Shown: piece after piece, positions 1 to 10,712 of the stretch
Position numbering within the stretch: the first letter of the stretch is position 1
Layout of the letters: each line of letters begins with the position of its first letter
Assembly: GCA_030704615.1 (NCBI GenBank)
Contig: CM060733.1
Location: 49,352,001 to 49,416,000 of the forward strand
Length of the DNA stretch: 64,000 bases
From: Takakia lepidozioides
Taxonomy: Eukaryota; Plantae; Bryophyta
Direction of reading: 5' to 3'
Translations under genes and position numbers: made by a program
The notes under the pieces: model-generated
What the model saw: only the letters and a program-made list of their open reading frames with translations
Database searches by the model: none
What the model was told of the DNA's origin: nothing

Positions 1-812
1 CGTTGTGTTTGGTATCGTAGTAGCAGCGGCATGGTGCGTCGTCGACCATCCAGATCGCTTCTTTTTACGTCTTTCGAACAAACGATTATCGCATGCAATG
101 ACTTGGGTGATGAATTCGCTCAGTGTACCCACATTTGGAATTGTCAGCAACAAGTCTTTTACATCCTCTTTTAGCCCACATCGAAACTGACTATTAAGGC
201 TCTTCTCATTCCAGTCGAGGTCGCACGCAAGTTGTCAAAATTCGGAAGCATAAACGGAAGCAAGACGCGCTCTTTGTCATAGGTTTCGCATCTTTGTCTT
301 TGCAACTCTTTCTCTATCATTCTCTCCAAACGTTGCAGTGAACTCGGACATGAACGCTTCAAAATTGTATAGTAAATGTGGATTTTTCTCTAATAGTGGT
401 GCAAACCAAGATAGGGCAATGCCTGATAGAATGGTGCCCACGAATCCCACTTGAATATCTTCATCAGGGTAGCGTTGTGGATGTCGTCGTAGGAACAATC
501 GTACTTTTTGAACAAAATCGTCAAATCTTGATCTCGTTCCATCAAATTTCTCGGGCATGCTGACCTTTGGTTCTCTCGTAATCTGTTGAAGGTTTGGAGG
601 AACGTTGCAGTAGGAGCTGTTGCAATAGAGACTCATATGGTTGAAGATCCATTGTTCGACTCCTTCAACTCTGAAATTTGCAAATTGTTGAGAGCGTTGC
701 CAAGATCTTGAGACTGATCGGCTTGTAGTTGGGCAGTAGAAGTACGAAGTTCTTGCATTTGGAGCTGGAGACCTTGCAAAGTAACGACCATTCCCGCAAA
801 TTTGTCTTCCAT
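1..812 (-). pseudogene. Degenerate gag of a Ty3/gypsy element (Tcn1/PEG10-RTL1-like capsid); runs off the window edge
   Basis: ORF 277-636 reads EPKVSMPEKFDGTRSRFDDFVQKVRLF...LSGIALSWF...FEAFMSEFTATFG, a typical retrotransposon capsid. ATG at 812 (MEDKFAG...). Internal stops and frameshifts are present. Confidence 0.8.
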
Positions 813-938
813 CTTAACTAGCTAAGGAACAAACTTTAGTTTCGCCAAACTGGCAAGGATGAGAATACAACTAGACACAAATAAGAAATCAGACTAGAGA
901 TACTAGACAAGAAGCCAAGGTTGGTGTGGCCGAATATA

Positions 939-1380
939 TGATGGGTAAACAGGAATGAAGAAGAACTTTATAACAATGACAAGAGTACAAGATACTGGAA
1001 CTGGAAACAAGAGTAGCTGAATTTGTGTTGGCGAGTCTCGCCTTCTATATATATTAGCTATTAGGAAGTTCATTAAGAAGCTACCCCAATGGAGGTTTCT
1101 TGTCGATGGAGAAGTTTCCTTAAACAAAAGAGGTTTCTTGATGGAGAAGTTTCCTTAAACAAATGAGGTTTCTTGATGGAGAAGTTCATTTAAACAAATG
1201 AGGTTTCTTGATGGGGAAGTTTTTCCAAATGGAGCTTCCTGAGCAGTTACCCTCGATAATTTGGTAAACTCCCGGTAACTTGATAATTCATGGTAATCCA
1301 CGGTAACTTTCGATAACTCGGTAACTCAGTAACTTCTGGAAGTTATTCTCGATAAGTTCTTCTTGGCTATGTCCGTGACA
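939..1380 (-). mobile_element. Probable 5' LTR of the element at 1-812
   Basis: Minus strand starts TGTCACGG and ends CCATCA, ~130 bp upstream of the gag ATG, and contains a TATATATA box (~1046-1053). The partner LTR is outside the window, so the ends are unverified. Confidence 0.5.
1092..1225. repeat. 35-bp tandem repeat, ~4 copies (GAGGTTTCTTGATGGAGAAGTTTCCTTAAACAAAT)
   Basis: Copies start at ~1092, 1130, 1165 and 1200, inside the putative LTR. Confidence 0.85.
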
Positions 1381-2551
1381 ATGAGTGTGTTGTCTGATAG
1401 GTAGAATTCAATGAGTGAGCTTCTAGAGAAAGCCTGAGAGCTTAGCAGATCTGTCATTTCTCCAGATGTCATTCCATATTTTGTTCCATGTTCCCTGACC
1501 AGCAAGTGTTTTGTTGGTATCAATAGCAAACCTTTTGAAAAACCAATACCAGGGCATTATTAATATTGATATGGTCTAAAAGAAATTCAGTATATAGATT
1601 GTGATATTTATATCCATCAATATTGATTATATTGATTATATATCTAATATTGATTATATCTAGTGTGCCGCATACACTGTTGATACTCGTACCTAAGTTT
1701 TTCCTCACAAAATGGATCTGATGTTAGTACGAGGTACCACACCTCGAATCTTTAGGCCTCTAACGAGTTCCACACCACTTCCACTATGTCTCCATACTCC
1801 ATACCTCTTGATTAGCCCATTTAATGAAGCCCCCACTGCTTCTGGTTGAGGGGGCCCGCCCACTGAGTATTGCCCACACTCCCTGTTAGAGGGTTGTCTA
1901 GGACTTAGACAGTTTCACGGGTTCTGTGGGGTACCCTTAATTTTGCGCAGACTTACGGATGGTAGACTCAGACCAATAGAGGCCTTAGGGGTGACAGACA
2001 TAGGCCTTAAGGGTGGTAGGCAGGCTTACACAGCTCGTTACAGCCTTACACAGCCTATCACAACCTATCACAGTCAGTCACAGCCCGACACAGCCAGACA
2101 CAATCTGACACAGCCAGTCACAGCTCGACACAGTCACAGCTTGGCATAGCCCGTCACAACGGTCACAGGGAACGGTTATCATAGGTAGGGAACAATTGTG
2201 TGGGAACGACATCTGCAGAGGGAATGTGCATTCTGTCTTGGATGACAGTTAGTCAGTTAGGCGGTTAGAATAGCTTGCAGGTAGAATAGGCAGAGTAGCG
2301 ACATGGAGGATGACTTCTTGGAGATCACTTTTTGGACATCACTGGAGGAGATCAGGCGGAGAACACGATCTTGGAACGCAGGGATGGAGATTATACATAG
2401 GAGAAGATACGACAATATGATGCTTGATTCATGCAAGCTGTAGAGATGCACTGTAAAGCAGATTAGAAACACCATGACTTCGGCCTGATACTTGATAGAA
2501 TATGATACATATTTCATACTCGCACTGTGTAAAGAGACCTAAGTGAAGCTG

Positions 2552-3275
2552 TGTCGCGGCCCTTTGCCTTGAGGGCAGGGGGTCGGGACACATGAGGGGC
2601 TGCCCCTGTGGTGGGGGCAGCGGCGGCGATAGGTATGGGGGGCTGAAGCACCCTTGAGTGCCCAAGGCACTCAAGGAGGCGGAGGCGCTCACTAGGTGGA
2701 GCCCCGCACACCGGGTTGCGGTGGAGGTGGCTCCACAAGGGGTGGTGGTAGCTTAGTGGGACTTAGTGGGGGTGGCATAGGACTCACCATGGGGTGGAGA
2801 CCTCGAGGTGGGAGTCGTGGGGAGTCTTGGGACTCATCACGGTCCATTGGGGCCGCGGTGAGTGGGCCAAGACTCACCGCGACTCACCACCGGGAGTCGA
2901 GGGTTTTCGTGGTGGTTCGCCATAAAATGGCATGGCTGGTTATGAAACCCCCGCGGACAGCTACAGAAGTATATATAGGGAGTAGTAACCCCGAGAACGG
3001 TGCAAGCCCGTTGGTGACCAAAAACTAGTGAGTAATCGTGCGAGCCGGAAAGCGACCAAAGAGTGGGGAGCTGTTCCGGACTGCCATCTACCAAAGGGAA
3101 TTCTCCTAGTCCCAAATAGGTGGAGGGTTTTAGAGGAAGCGAACGGGGACCGTTATGTCCCGGTGAGTAGCCGAAACTCCAAGTTGGCCCGGCGGCCAGG
3201 TTGGGAGTCAGGCGCGCGCATCAAAGCGGTTAACTATGACTTGAAGGGGAGTTTACCGAAGTGAGGTGCGCGACA
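2552..3275 (+). repeat. A1 5' LTR (724 bp)
   Basis: Direct repeat of 7578-8300; the only difference seen is a G6 versus G5 run. TATA box at 2970-2977. Confidence 0.96.
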
Positions 3276-3277
3276 CT

Positions 3278-3289
3278 TGGTATCAGAGC
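3278..3289 (+). promoter_or_regulatory. Primer binding site, tRNA-iMet (TGGTATCAGAGC)
   Basis: Canonical plant iMet PBS, 2 nt after the 5' LTR. Confidence 0.95.
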
Positions 3290-3330
3290 TTAGAGTTCAG
3301 TACGCGATCGTCCTTGGGATCGGCCTCATC

Positions 3331-4926
3331 ATGGGGTCGGGCAAGCCGAAGCGAAAGCGGAACGGCCCAAAAGATGATGATCCCGGTGAGCCCGATGGGG
3401 GCGACGTGTCACCGAGGCGGCCGTTTGAGGAAGCGATGAATGTTTCCGAAAACGAGGCCGCTCAAGAGCGGGAGGAATCCGAGGAGTCGGAGCCCGAGGA
3501 ATCCTCGAGAGCTCCGACAAACCAAGAGATGCCTCCCATGCCAGCAGCCTTTTGGGAAGGGTTGTTGGCGCAGTTTGGCGGGGCGTTGAAAGACGTGTTG
3601 AAGGCGGCTAATGCCACTTCCACTAAGGCAAAGTTTAAGGTGAAGCCTAAGGAACCCGGCACCTTTGAGGGCGTTCGAAACCGGAAGGCACTCAACACCT
3701 GGCTCCTGGAGCTAGAGCAGTACTTCCGGGCGGCCAAGTTGAGTGACGAGGATCGGGTGGAAGTGGCTCCCACCTATTTGAGGGGCTATGCTCAACAATG
3801 GTGGCAGAAACGCCTTCACGACCGAGGCCCAAGCCCGGAAACCTTGAACTGGAGTGAGTTCAAGGAATTGATGAAGAGACAGTTTGTGCCCCTCAACGCA
3901 TCCTGGCTTGCCCGGGACAAGATGAGGAATTTGAAGCAAACAGATGACATTCGGGGGTATGTCCAGGCTTTCAATGTGCTGTTGCTCGAAGTCGCGGACA
4001 TGGCAGAACCAGAAATGGTCTTCAACTTTGTGGCGGGACTGGCCCCATGGGCTAGGCGGAAGTTGGAGGAGAAGCCACCCAAGACTTTGAACGAGGCAAT
4101 TGAGAGAGCTGAATGTTTCTCGGATGTCCCTAGGGGTGAGAGACAAGGCCGTACGGAGCTGAACCACAAGAAGACCCGGCGGGAAGGTGACTCCTCCCGA
4201 CCGGAAAAGAAGTGGGATAGGCCACGCGGCGAAAATGGCACGTGGAAATCGAAGGGAGGGCCTTCACACGTCAAGGCGGCACCCGGTGCTTCGAAAGGAA
4301 AAGCGGGTGGAGCGGCTTATGGCGGACAGAAGGCGACCTTTGATGGAGTGTGTTTCAATTGCGGGGAGCCCGGGCACATGGCCAAGAAGTGCACGAAGCC
4401 CCGGCAATTGAACATGACTCGGGCGACCACGGAGCTGTCGGAAGATACCATCAGTCGTTTGGTGGAAGCGGTAGTCGCCAGGACTTGCAAGGTAGGCAAC
4501 TATTCTTGTGAGTTGTATCAGGAAACTGGCGCCCTGCGTAAAGGGAGTCAGTTATTGTTCGTGGATGGGATAATATCCGGAACTAACGTGTCGTTGTTGG
4601 TGGACACAGGAGCGTCGCACTCCTTCATGACGCCGGCGGCGGCGCGAAAGTTGGGACTCCCGACAAGTGACGTGGGGGCCTCTATTGAGGTGCGCTCTGC
4701 CAAAGGAGAACCTCAGTTGGCGACAAGGTTGGCGTTTGATGTTCCTCTTCAACTGGGGAGTTGGGAGGGACGTGAGAACTTCACTATCTGCGAGATCGAT
4801 GGAGTGGATCTCATTTTGGGGAGTTCGATCGTCCGTTTGAGATTCATACAGATGCATCGGACTTCGCGATTGGGGGTGTACTTATGCAAGATGGACGACC
4901 AGTGGCTTACGAAAGTAAGAAACTGA
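3331..4926 (+). CDS. gag: Gag (capsid + CCHC zinc knuckle) fused to aspartic protease; out-of-frame tail after the deletion at ~4822
   Basis: First ATG at 3331 (MGSGKPKRKR). Capsid motif YLRGYAQQWW, knuckle CFNCGEPGHMAKKC, protease LVDTGASHSF...DLILG. Confidence 0.92.
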   Translation: MGSGKPKRKRNGPKDDDPGEPDGGDVSPRRPFEEAMNVSENEAAQEREESEESEPEESSRAPTNQEMPPMPAAFWEGLLAQFGGALKDVLKAANATSTKAKFKVKPKEPGTFEGVRNRKALNTWLLELEQYFRAAKLSDEDRVEVAPTYLRGYAQQWWQKRLHDRGPSPETLNWSEFKELMKRQFVPLNASWLARDKMRNLKQTDDIRGYVQAFNVLLLEVADMAEPEMVFNFVAGLAPWARRKLEEKPPKTLNEAIERAECFSDVPRGERQGRTELNHKKTRREGDSSRPEKKWDRPRGENGTWKSKGGPSHVKAAPGASKGKAGGAAYGGQKATFDGVCFNCGEPGHMAKKCTKPRQLNMTRATTELSEDTISRLVEAVVARTCKVGNYSCELYQETGALRKGSQLLFVDGIISGTNVSLLVDTGASHSFMTPAAARKLGLPTSDVGASIEVRSAKGEPQLATRLAFDVPLQLGSWEGRENFTICEIDGVDLILGSSIVRLRFIQMHRTSRLGVYLCKMDDQWLTKVRN

Positions 4927-6671
4927 ATGAAGTGGAGCGACGGTGGCCGACGCACGAAAAAGAGATGAAGGCGGTGGTGCATTGCCTTGAACTCTGGCGC
5001 CACTATGTTGGTTCCAACCCAGTGAAGGTGTTCACGGACAATGTCACGGTGAAGTATTTTGCCACGCAGCCCAAGTTGTCCCCAAAACAACTTAGGTGGC
5101 AAGATACTTTGGCAGTGTTCGACGTGGATATCCAGTACAAACCGGGACGGGACAATGTGGTGGCCGATGCTTTAAGTAGAAAGCAGCAGCTCTTGTTGGT
5201 GTACAAGGGCGAGACGGCGCTCCAAAGGAAGATCCGGAAGGCTTGCCGGAAGGATGAGCTGGCAAAGCGCGTGATGCAGGACTTGAGAATGGGGGTTAAA
5301 TCGCAGTTCCACTTGCAAAAAGGACTGCTCCGGTATAAGCAAAAACGTCTCTATGTGCCAAAGGGAGGGATCAGAGATAGCCTCTTGAGAGAATGCCATG
5401 ATAGCCTGCTTGCGGGCCACGGCGGAGCCAAGCGCACTGCGGCACTCTTGAAGAAAGAGTATTTCTGGCCCAAACTGAGGGAGGAGGCAGAGGAGTATGT
5501 CAAGACATGCACCACATGCCAACAAAACCGGAGCGAGTACAAAAAGCAAGCGGGGCTGTTACAACCCTTGCCGATTCCAGAGGGGACTTGGGAAAGCGTC
5601 TCGATGGATTTCATGACTGCTATGCCGCTGTCAAAAGGATTCGATGCAATCATGGTGGTGGTAGATAGGTTCAGTAAAATGGCCCATTTCATCCCCACCA
5701 AGGAAACGGCAACGGCGCAGGAGACAGGGCGACTTTACTTCGCCCACGTCTTAAAGCATCATGGAGTCCCGAAGGATATTGTCTCGGACCGCGATCCAAA
5801 GTTTACGAGTAAATTTTGGAGAGCACTTTGGAAGAAGATGGGGACGAGGCTGAAGATGAGCACCGCCTTCCGACCTACGACGGACGGCCAAACGGAAAGA
5901 GTGAATTCCGTAGTGAAGCAATTCTTGCGGAATTACGTGTCGGCAGACCAATCAGACTGGATGGAACACTTAGACGCGGCAGAGTTCTGTTATAATAACA
6001 CAGAACACTCCGCGACGGGAGTTTCCCCTTTTGTGTTGGTCTATGGAAAAGCACCTCTGGTGCCGACAAGTTGGGCCGCCCAGGACGTTGAGGAACCGGC
6101 AGTAGCGGCGGTGCTGGAAGAACGCGAGCGTTTGTTGAAGCTCGCAAAGTACAACATTGCCAAAGCTAGGAAACGGTATGAAAGGCAGGCGAATCGGAAG
6201 CGGAGGGAAGTGAAGTTTGAGGCAGGCACAGAGGTCTGGTTGAACATCAAGAATTTTCGACTACCTCCGGAAGTGAGTCCGAAGTTCGTACCTCCGTATG
6301 CGGGTCCCTTTCGCATTCGGAGGGTTATGAATGAGGATGTGTATGAATTGGAGCTGCCGGCAAACAGCAAGGTGCACCCAGTATTCCATGTCTCCCTTTT
6401 GAAGCCTTACTTCAAAGATGAAGCACGTCCGAATCGGCAGCAAGTGTTGCGTCCGCCACCTATGCTGTTGGATCATGAAAATGAACCCGAGTACGAGGTG
6501 GAGGCAATACTTAAGTCGAGGAGGTTCAAGAACCGAGAAACGGAGTATCTCGTCAAATGGAAGGGCTATCATCTTGTGGAGGCATCTTGGGTGCGTGCCT
6601 CAGAAATGGGAAACGCATCCGAGGCAGTTGCAGCGTTCGAAGGGCGACCTCAAAAGCGGAAGAAACGTTGA
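4884..6671 (+). CDS. pol: RNase H - integrase - chromodomain part of Pol (homology starts at 4821)
   Basis: RNase H TDASD...EKEMKAVV...TDN, integrase zinc finger (H..GH...CTTC) and core (SMDF, SDRD, DGQTE), GPF motif, chromodomain YEVEAILKSR...YLVKWKGY...SW. Uninterrupted 595 codons. Confidence 0.93.
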   Translation: MQDGRPVAYESKKLNEVERRWPTHEKEMKAVVHCLELWRHYVGSNPVKVFTDNVTVKYFATQPKLSPKQLRWQDTLAVFDVDIQYKPGRDNVVADALSRKQQLLLVYKGETALQRKIRKACRKDELAKRVMQDLRMGVKSQFHLQKGLLRYKQKRLYVPKGGIRDSLLRECHDSLLAGHGGAKRTAALLKKEYFWPKLREEAEEYVKTCTTCQQNRSEYKKQAGLLQPLPIPEGTWESVSMDFMTAMPLSKGFDAIMVVVDRFSKMAHFIPTKETATAQETGRLYFAHVLKHHGVPKDIVSDRDPKFTSKFWRALWKKMGTRLKMSTAFRPTTDGQTERVNSVVKQFLRNYVSADQSDWMEHLDAAEFCYNNTEHSATGVSPFVLVYGKAPLVPTSWAAQDVEEPAVAAVLEERERLLKLAKYNIAKARKRYERQANRKRREVKFEAGTEVWLNIKNFRLPPEVSPKFVPPYAGPFRIRRVMNEDVYELELPANSKVHPVFHVSLLKPYFKDEARPNRQQVLRPPPMLLDHENEPEYEVEAILKSRRFKNRETEYLVKWKGYHLVEASWVRASEMGNASEAVAAFEGRPQKRKKR

Positions 6672-7577
6672 TGGGGACATCAACCTTGGAGCGTGGGGGA
6701 GGAAATGCATACTTAGCCCGGTTTAGCTAGCTCAGGAATCCGATTGCAAAAACTTGTATTGTACAAAAATTTGTTATAAAGGAAATGGGTTCCAAATATT
6801 GTGCGTCCTATTGTGTTTGAAATGGTGATGCATGGTGTGGTTGACTAGTGTGTAGAATGCATGCTAGCTTACAAAAGTAGGAGAGGTAAATTGAGTTAAT
6901 CGTGTGTTTGCGCAGTGCCGAAATCGGGTGACTCCCATCCAAGGGGCAAGGAAACTTGCGCCTTATTTGGGAGTTCAAGTGCTAGTGCGCACCTGGCGCG
7001 TGCGCGTACTATAACTGCGCTACCGAGGGGGTTGCCTTGTAGTGCGGGCTAACGCGGAAGCTACGTGCTTCCGTTCACGTACTATAATCGTGTAGCCTCG
7101 GGACGAAGTCGTAGTGCGGCTTCGGCGTGTTCCTGTACCTCAGGCCAGCATTCCAAGGCGGACCCAATTGTAGTGATTGGGGCGCACGGTTGGTTCAAGG
7201 TTATCTTCCTAGTCAAAGAGGGTTCCAGGTGAACCCTTGCTCAAGGTGATGCCAAAAGCGGCATCATGAGCGATCGCAAGCAATGTTGTTGCAGTAAGGC
7301 GATTCGATCCTCGGGGAGGATCGTTCCTTGGCCTTGAAGTAGGCCAAGAAGAGTGCACTGGGAGGAGCTGGAGAGGCTCCACCCTTGGCCGGGACTTGGA
7401 GGAAGTCGGCCGAACTAGCTAGTGGAGAGTGGAGTCAAGTGTGGGGTTTGGTTCTTTGCCATGGGACGCCATGGTACGGAAACAAACTCCTTGATGTGGG
7501 ACGCCACAACTTGGATGTTCGTTTCTACAAAATGGACAAGTCGATGAGGACATCGACTCCCTGTTGGTAGGGGTGTG

Positions 7578-8300
7578 TGTCGCGGCCCTTTGCCTTGAGG
7601 GCAGGGGGTCGGGACACATGAGGGGCTGCCCCTGTGGTGGGGGCAGCGGCGGCGATAGGTATGGGGGCTGAAGCACCCTTGAGTGCCCAAGGCACTCAAG
7701 GAGGCGGAGGCGCTCACTAGGTGGAGCCCCGCACACCGGGTTGCGGTGGAGGTGGCTCCACAAGGGGTGGTGGTAGCTTAGTGGGACTTAGTGGGGGTGG
7801 CATAGGACTCACCATGGGGTGGAGACCTCGAGGTGGGAGTCGTGGGGAGTCTTGGGACTCATCACGGTCCATTGGGGCCGCGGTGAGTGGGCCAAGACTC
7901 ACCGCGACTCACCACCGGGAGTCGAGGGTTTTCGTGGTGGTTCGCCATAAAATGGCATGGCTGGTTATGAAACCCCCGCGGACAGCTACAGAAGTATATA
8001 TAGGGAGTAGTAACCCCGAGAACGGTGCAAGCCCGTTGGTGACCAAAAACTAGTGAGTAATCGTGCGAGCCGGAAAGCGACCAAAGAGTGGGGAGCTGTT
8101 CCGGACTGCCATCTACCAAAGGGAATTCTCCTAGTCCCAAATAGGTGGAGGGTTTTAGAGGAAGCGAACGGGGACCGTTATGTCCCGGTGAGTAGCCGAA
8201 ACTCCAAGTTGGCCCGGCGGCCAGGTTGGGAGTCAGGCGCGCGCATCAAAGCGGTTAACTATGACTTGAAGGGGAGTTTACCGAAGTGAGGTGCGCGACA
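7578..8300 (+). repeat. A1 3' LTR (723 bp), preceded by a weak PPT (GGTAGGGGTGTG, 7566-7577)
   Basis: Direct repeat of 2552-3275. Confidence 0.96.
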
Positions 8301-9149
8301 AGCTGTGGAATGAATGCTTGGGTAGATGGAACATGGAAGACTGCAGAAGCAATCTGATACTTAATCATATACAGTAAGGTAACTTGCTAACATGAATGCG
8401 AGATGGAATACAAATAAGAAGCACCCCCATGATACACTAGTTGTAGGTCATGACTGATTGTTCTGAGCGGGCTGAGTGCTTAGAGATTTCCAACTCTTCT
8501 ATCTTGGAGTTTCCACCTCGGATAGCTAAGGGATGGGTGAGTAAAAACCGCTCGACACTCCCTTTAGTGTTTTAGTCACTCAAGGGCCGATCAGCCCTCA
8601 CTTCTACTGCTACTGCTATCCCCATCACAGAAGCAACCCCTCTTGTGTCATAACCCTCCGACCTCAAGGCAGAGGTCGCAACATACTCCCCTACCAACGA
8701 GTAGTCGATGCCCTTATCGCGGGCTTTGCCAATTTCTGTAGAAGCTGGGCCCCATCACGGAGCATCCCCCTTGTGTCTCAATTCCCCACCCTAAAGGCGA
8801 ATGGCCACGAGTACAGTTTTTCCCACTCACTGCATAGACATTTTGATCATAGACCTCAATGGCTCTTCTTATATGCACTGAAAAATTAAACAAAACAAAT
8901 GTGACACGAAAACCATAGACGTAGTTGTGCAATATCTAAAGTATCAGAAAAGCCATTTGGTGATGTTTGATGTTACAATTGATAGGCTTTTCTAGATACG
9001 GGCTAACATTCTTTTAACAACTATATCCATAGCTAGTCTTAGCAGACACTTCTCTTTTACCTACTCTAACCTGCGTTGTGTGGCCATGATTGTAGACATG
9101 GATGACTCATTGTACGTTGCTCTTCTCCACAAGTGCACGACCGGACGCA

Positions 9150-9720
9150 CTCACATCCATGGCATATCTAAATTACTTATGAGACATATAAACTATCACT
9201 TAACCTCTTATAGGGCTAGTGAAGGGAAATTGTTCAAGGTGCTTAGTTTGGAAGGTCATTCTCTTGTGGAAGTCCCTTCCAGGTCTGCATGAGTCCCTGC
9301 TTTGTTCAGATGTTTCATGTGTCTCCTTATGTTGGTCATTTTGGGGTGATTCGCAACGTTAAACAATTGCAAGAGAAGTAACATTGGAAAGGTCTGGTGA
9401 AAGATGTATCTATCTATATTGCGAAGTATGTGCCATGACATGCTAAAACCATCATATTTGTGATCCAAACACCATTACCATTACAACCCATTCCTCTTAT
9501 TGAATCTTTTGCAAGAGTAGGCCTTGATCTTGTCGGATATTTTAAACTCATGTCAAATGGGCATGCATACATTGCCGTTGTTACTGACTACCTAACTAAG
9601 AGGATTGAAGTCTGATCTTTGGTTGCTAATGACAATGACGAGGTAGCTCACTTCTTCTTCAAATCTGTGTAATACTATGCCATGGGTGCCAAATGGAAAT
9701 ATTTCAAACAGATAAAGTTT
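9150..9720 (+). pseudogene. Highly decayed Ty3/gypsy integrase remnant
   Basis: ~9500-9670 translates as FARVGLDLVG..LMSNGHAYIAVVTDYLTKRIEV*SL...EVAHFFF, the integrase core N-terminus. Many stops; boundaries approximate. Confidence 0.6.
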
Positions 9721-10480
9721 GCTGGACCATTGCGCTTAAGCCACAACACAACTCGGTCCAGTAAAAGCTAGGTAAATTTGCTTGTTATAGCCTAGCACAA
9801 ATATTACATACCATACTAACTACTGTACACTTCAAACAGCAAGCTGCTTCGTGGAGGAGGTTGGTAGAACGTGAGCACACCGGAGAGCACAAACGGCGTG
9901 AGCACAAACCCATGGTCATGGGGGTTTTATGTTTTTAAACCGCGATTGTAGGAGTTATATGTTTTCAAAATGGAATGAATAACACATTGGGGAAAAACAA
10001 GTCGCAATAACCAACACCATCCAAAACACACAAATACCAAACAATAGTTGAACAATTTAATATAATGAAGCAAACAACGGGTTTCGTTAACGAAATAAAT
10101 CAAGGTATCGGGTTTCGCCAACGAAATATTGGATTTAGCCAGCGAAATAATGGATTTCGTCGATGAAATTTCCATGTATCGTTGCATAGGTCATTATCCT
10201 ATGGTTTCGTGGGCGAAACAAAATGTATTGTATTTGGTTTTGCATATAAGAGACGATGTGAGATTGTTTTATTTGTACTCCCCCTGTCACACCCGCTCCC
10301 ACATGGTCAACCTGCATACTGATAACCCCCCACTTTGCTGGTACCCTGGTCACAAAAAAAATTAAAGGGATACTATGGGGAATTAATCAAAGTATATGCT
10401 CTAACACTATTTTAACTAATTATGGACTTTTGTTTGGTCCAGAAATAATATAAAATATATGAATAAATAAAAAAAAATAA

Positions 10481-10484
<4 letters not shown>

Positions 10485-10544
<60 letters not shown>
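10485..10544. repeat. (TA)n microsatellite, ~30 units
   Basis: Directly visible. Confidence 0.97.
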
Positions 10545-10547
<3 letters not shown>

Positions 10548-10712
10548 GCTATTTGTGCACTATATAGCAACAAATTATATAATCCTCCACACATTCTACG
10601 CAGAAATACAAGTATGTATTGTGGTCTTAGAGGAACATCCACTGCCAAGTTGAGGAAGATGCAATGAATCAAACAATGATGAGAGCTCTGATATCCAAAA
10701 TGACATACACAA

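Larger units (their letters stand above)
2552..8300 (+). mobile_element. Chromovirus-type Ty3/gypsy LTR retrotransposon A1, RT-deleted (non-autonomous)
   Basis: Two near-identical LTRs with TGTCGCG...CGCGACA termini, TSD AGCTG (2547-2551 and 8301-8305), a tRNA-iMet PBS, and gag-PR and RH-IN-chromodomain ORFs. No RT motifs. Confidence 0.97.
1884..8557 (+). mobile_element. Family-B solo LTR (~920 bp net), interrupted by element A1
   Basis: TGTTAGAG...CTCGACA flanked by a 5-bp TSD CTCCC (1879-1883 and 8558-8562). Segments 1884-2551 and 8306-8557 match the reverse complement of the LTR at 33260-34798. Confidence 0.9.

Noticed and set aside
1092-1225. 35-bp repeats (and the 30-bp arrays at 23530 and 29950) as CRISPR-like arrays
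   Set aside because: Head-to-tail repeats with no unique spacers, in eukaryotic retroelement context.
2696-3264. ORFs inside the family-A LTR (110, 92 and 78 aa), repeated at 7721-8289
   Set aside because: GC-rich LTR sequence. The frame is not conserved in the A2 LTRs.
3331-3365. MGSGKPKRKR as a retrovirus-like myristoylation signal
   Set aside because: Pro at position 6 is unfavourable. A basic NLS is a simpler reading.
4812-4825. Programmed -1 frameshift joining the two A1 ORFs (T TTG GGG)
   Set aside because: Not a canonical slippery heptamer, and the frame change is explained by the deletion junction.
10684-10693. PBS-like AGCTCTGATA next to the A2 3' LTR
   Set aside because: Incomplete match (no CCA), outside the TSD and not adjacent to an LTR end.
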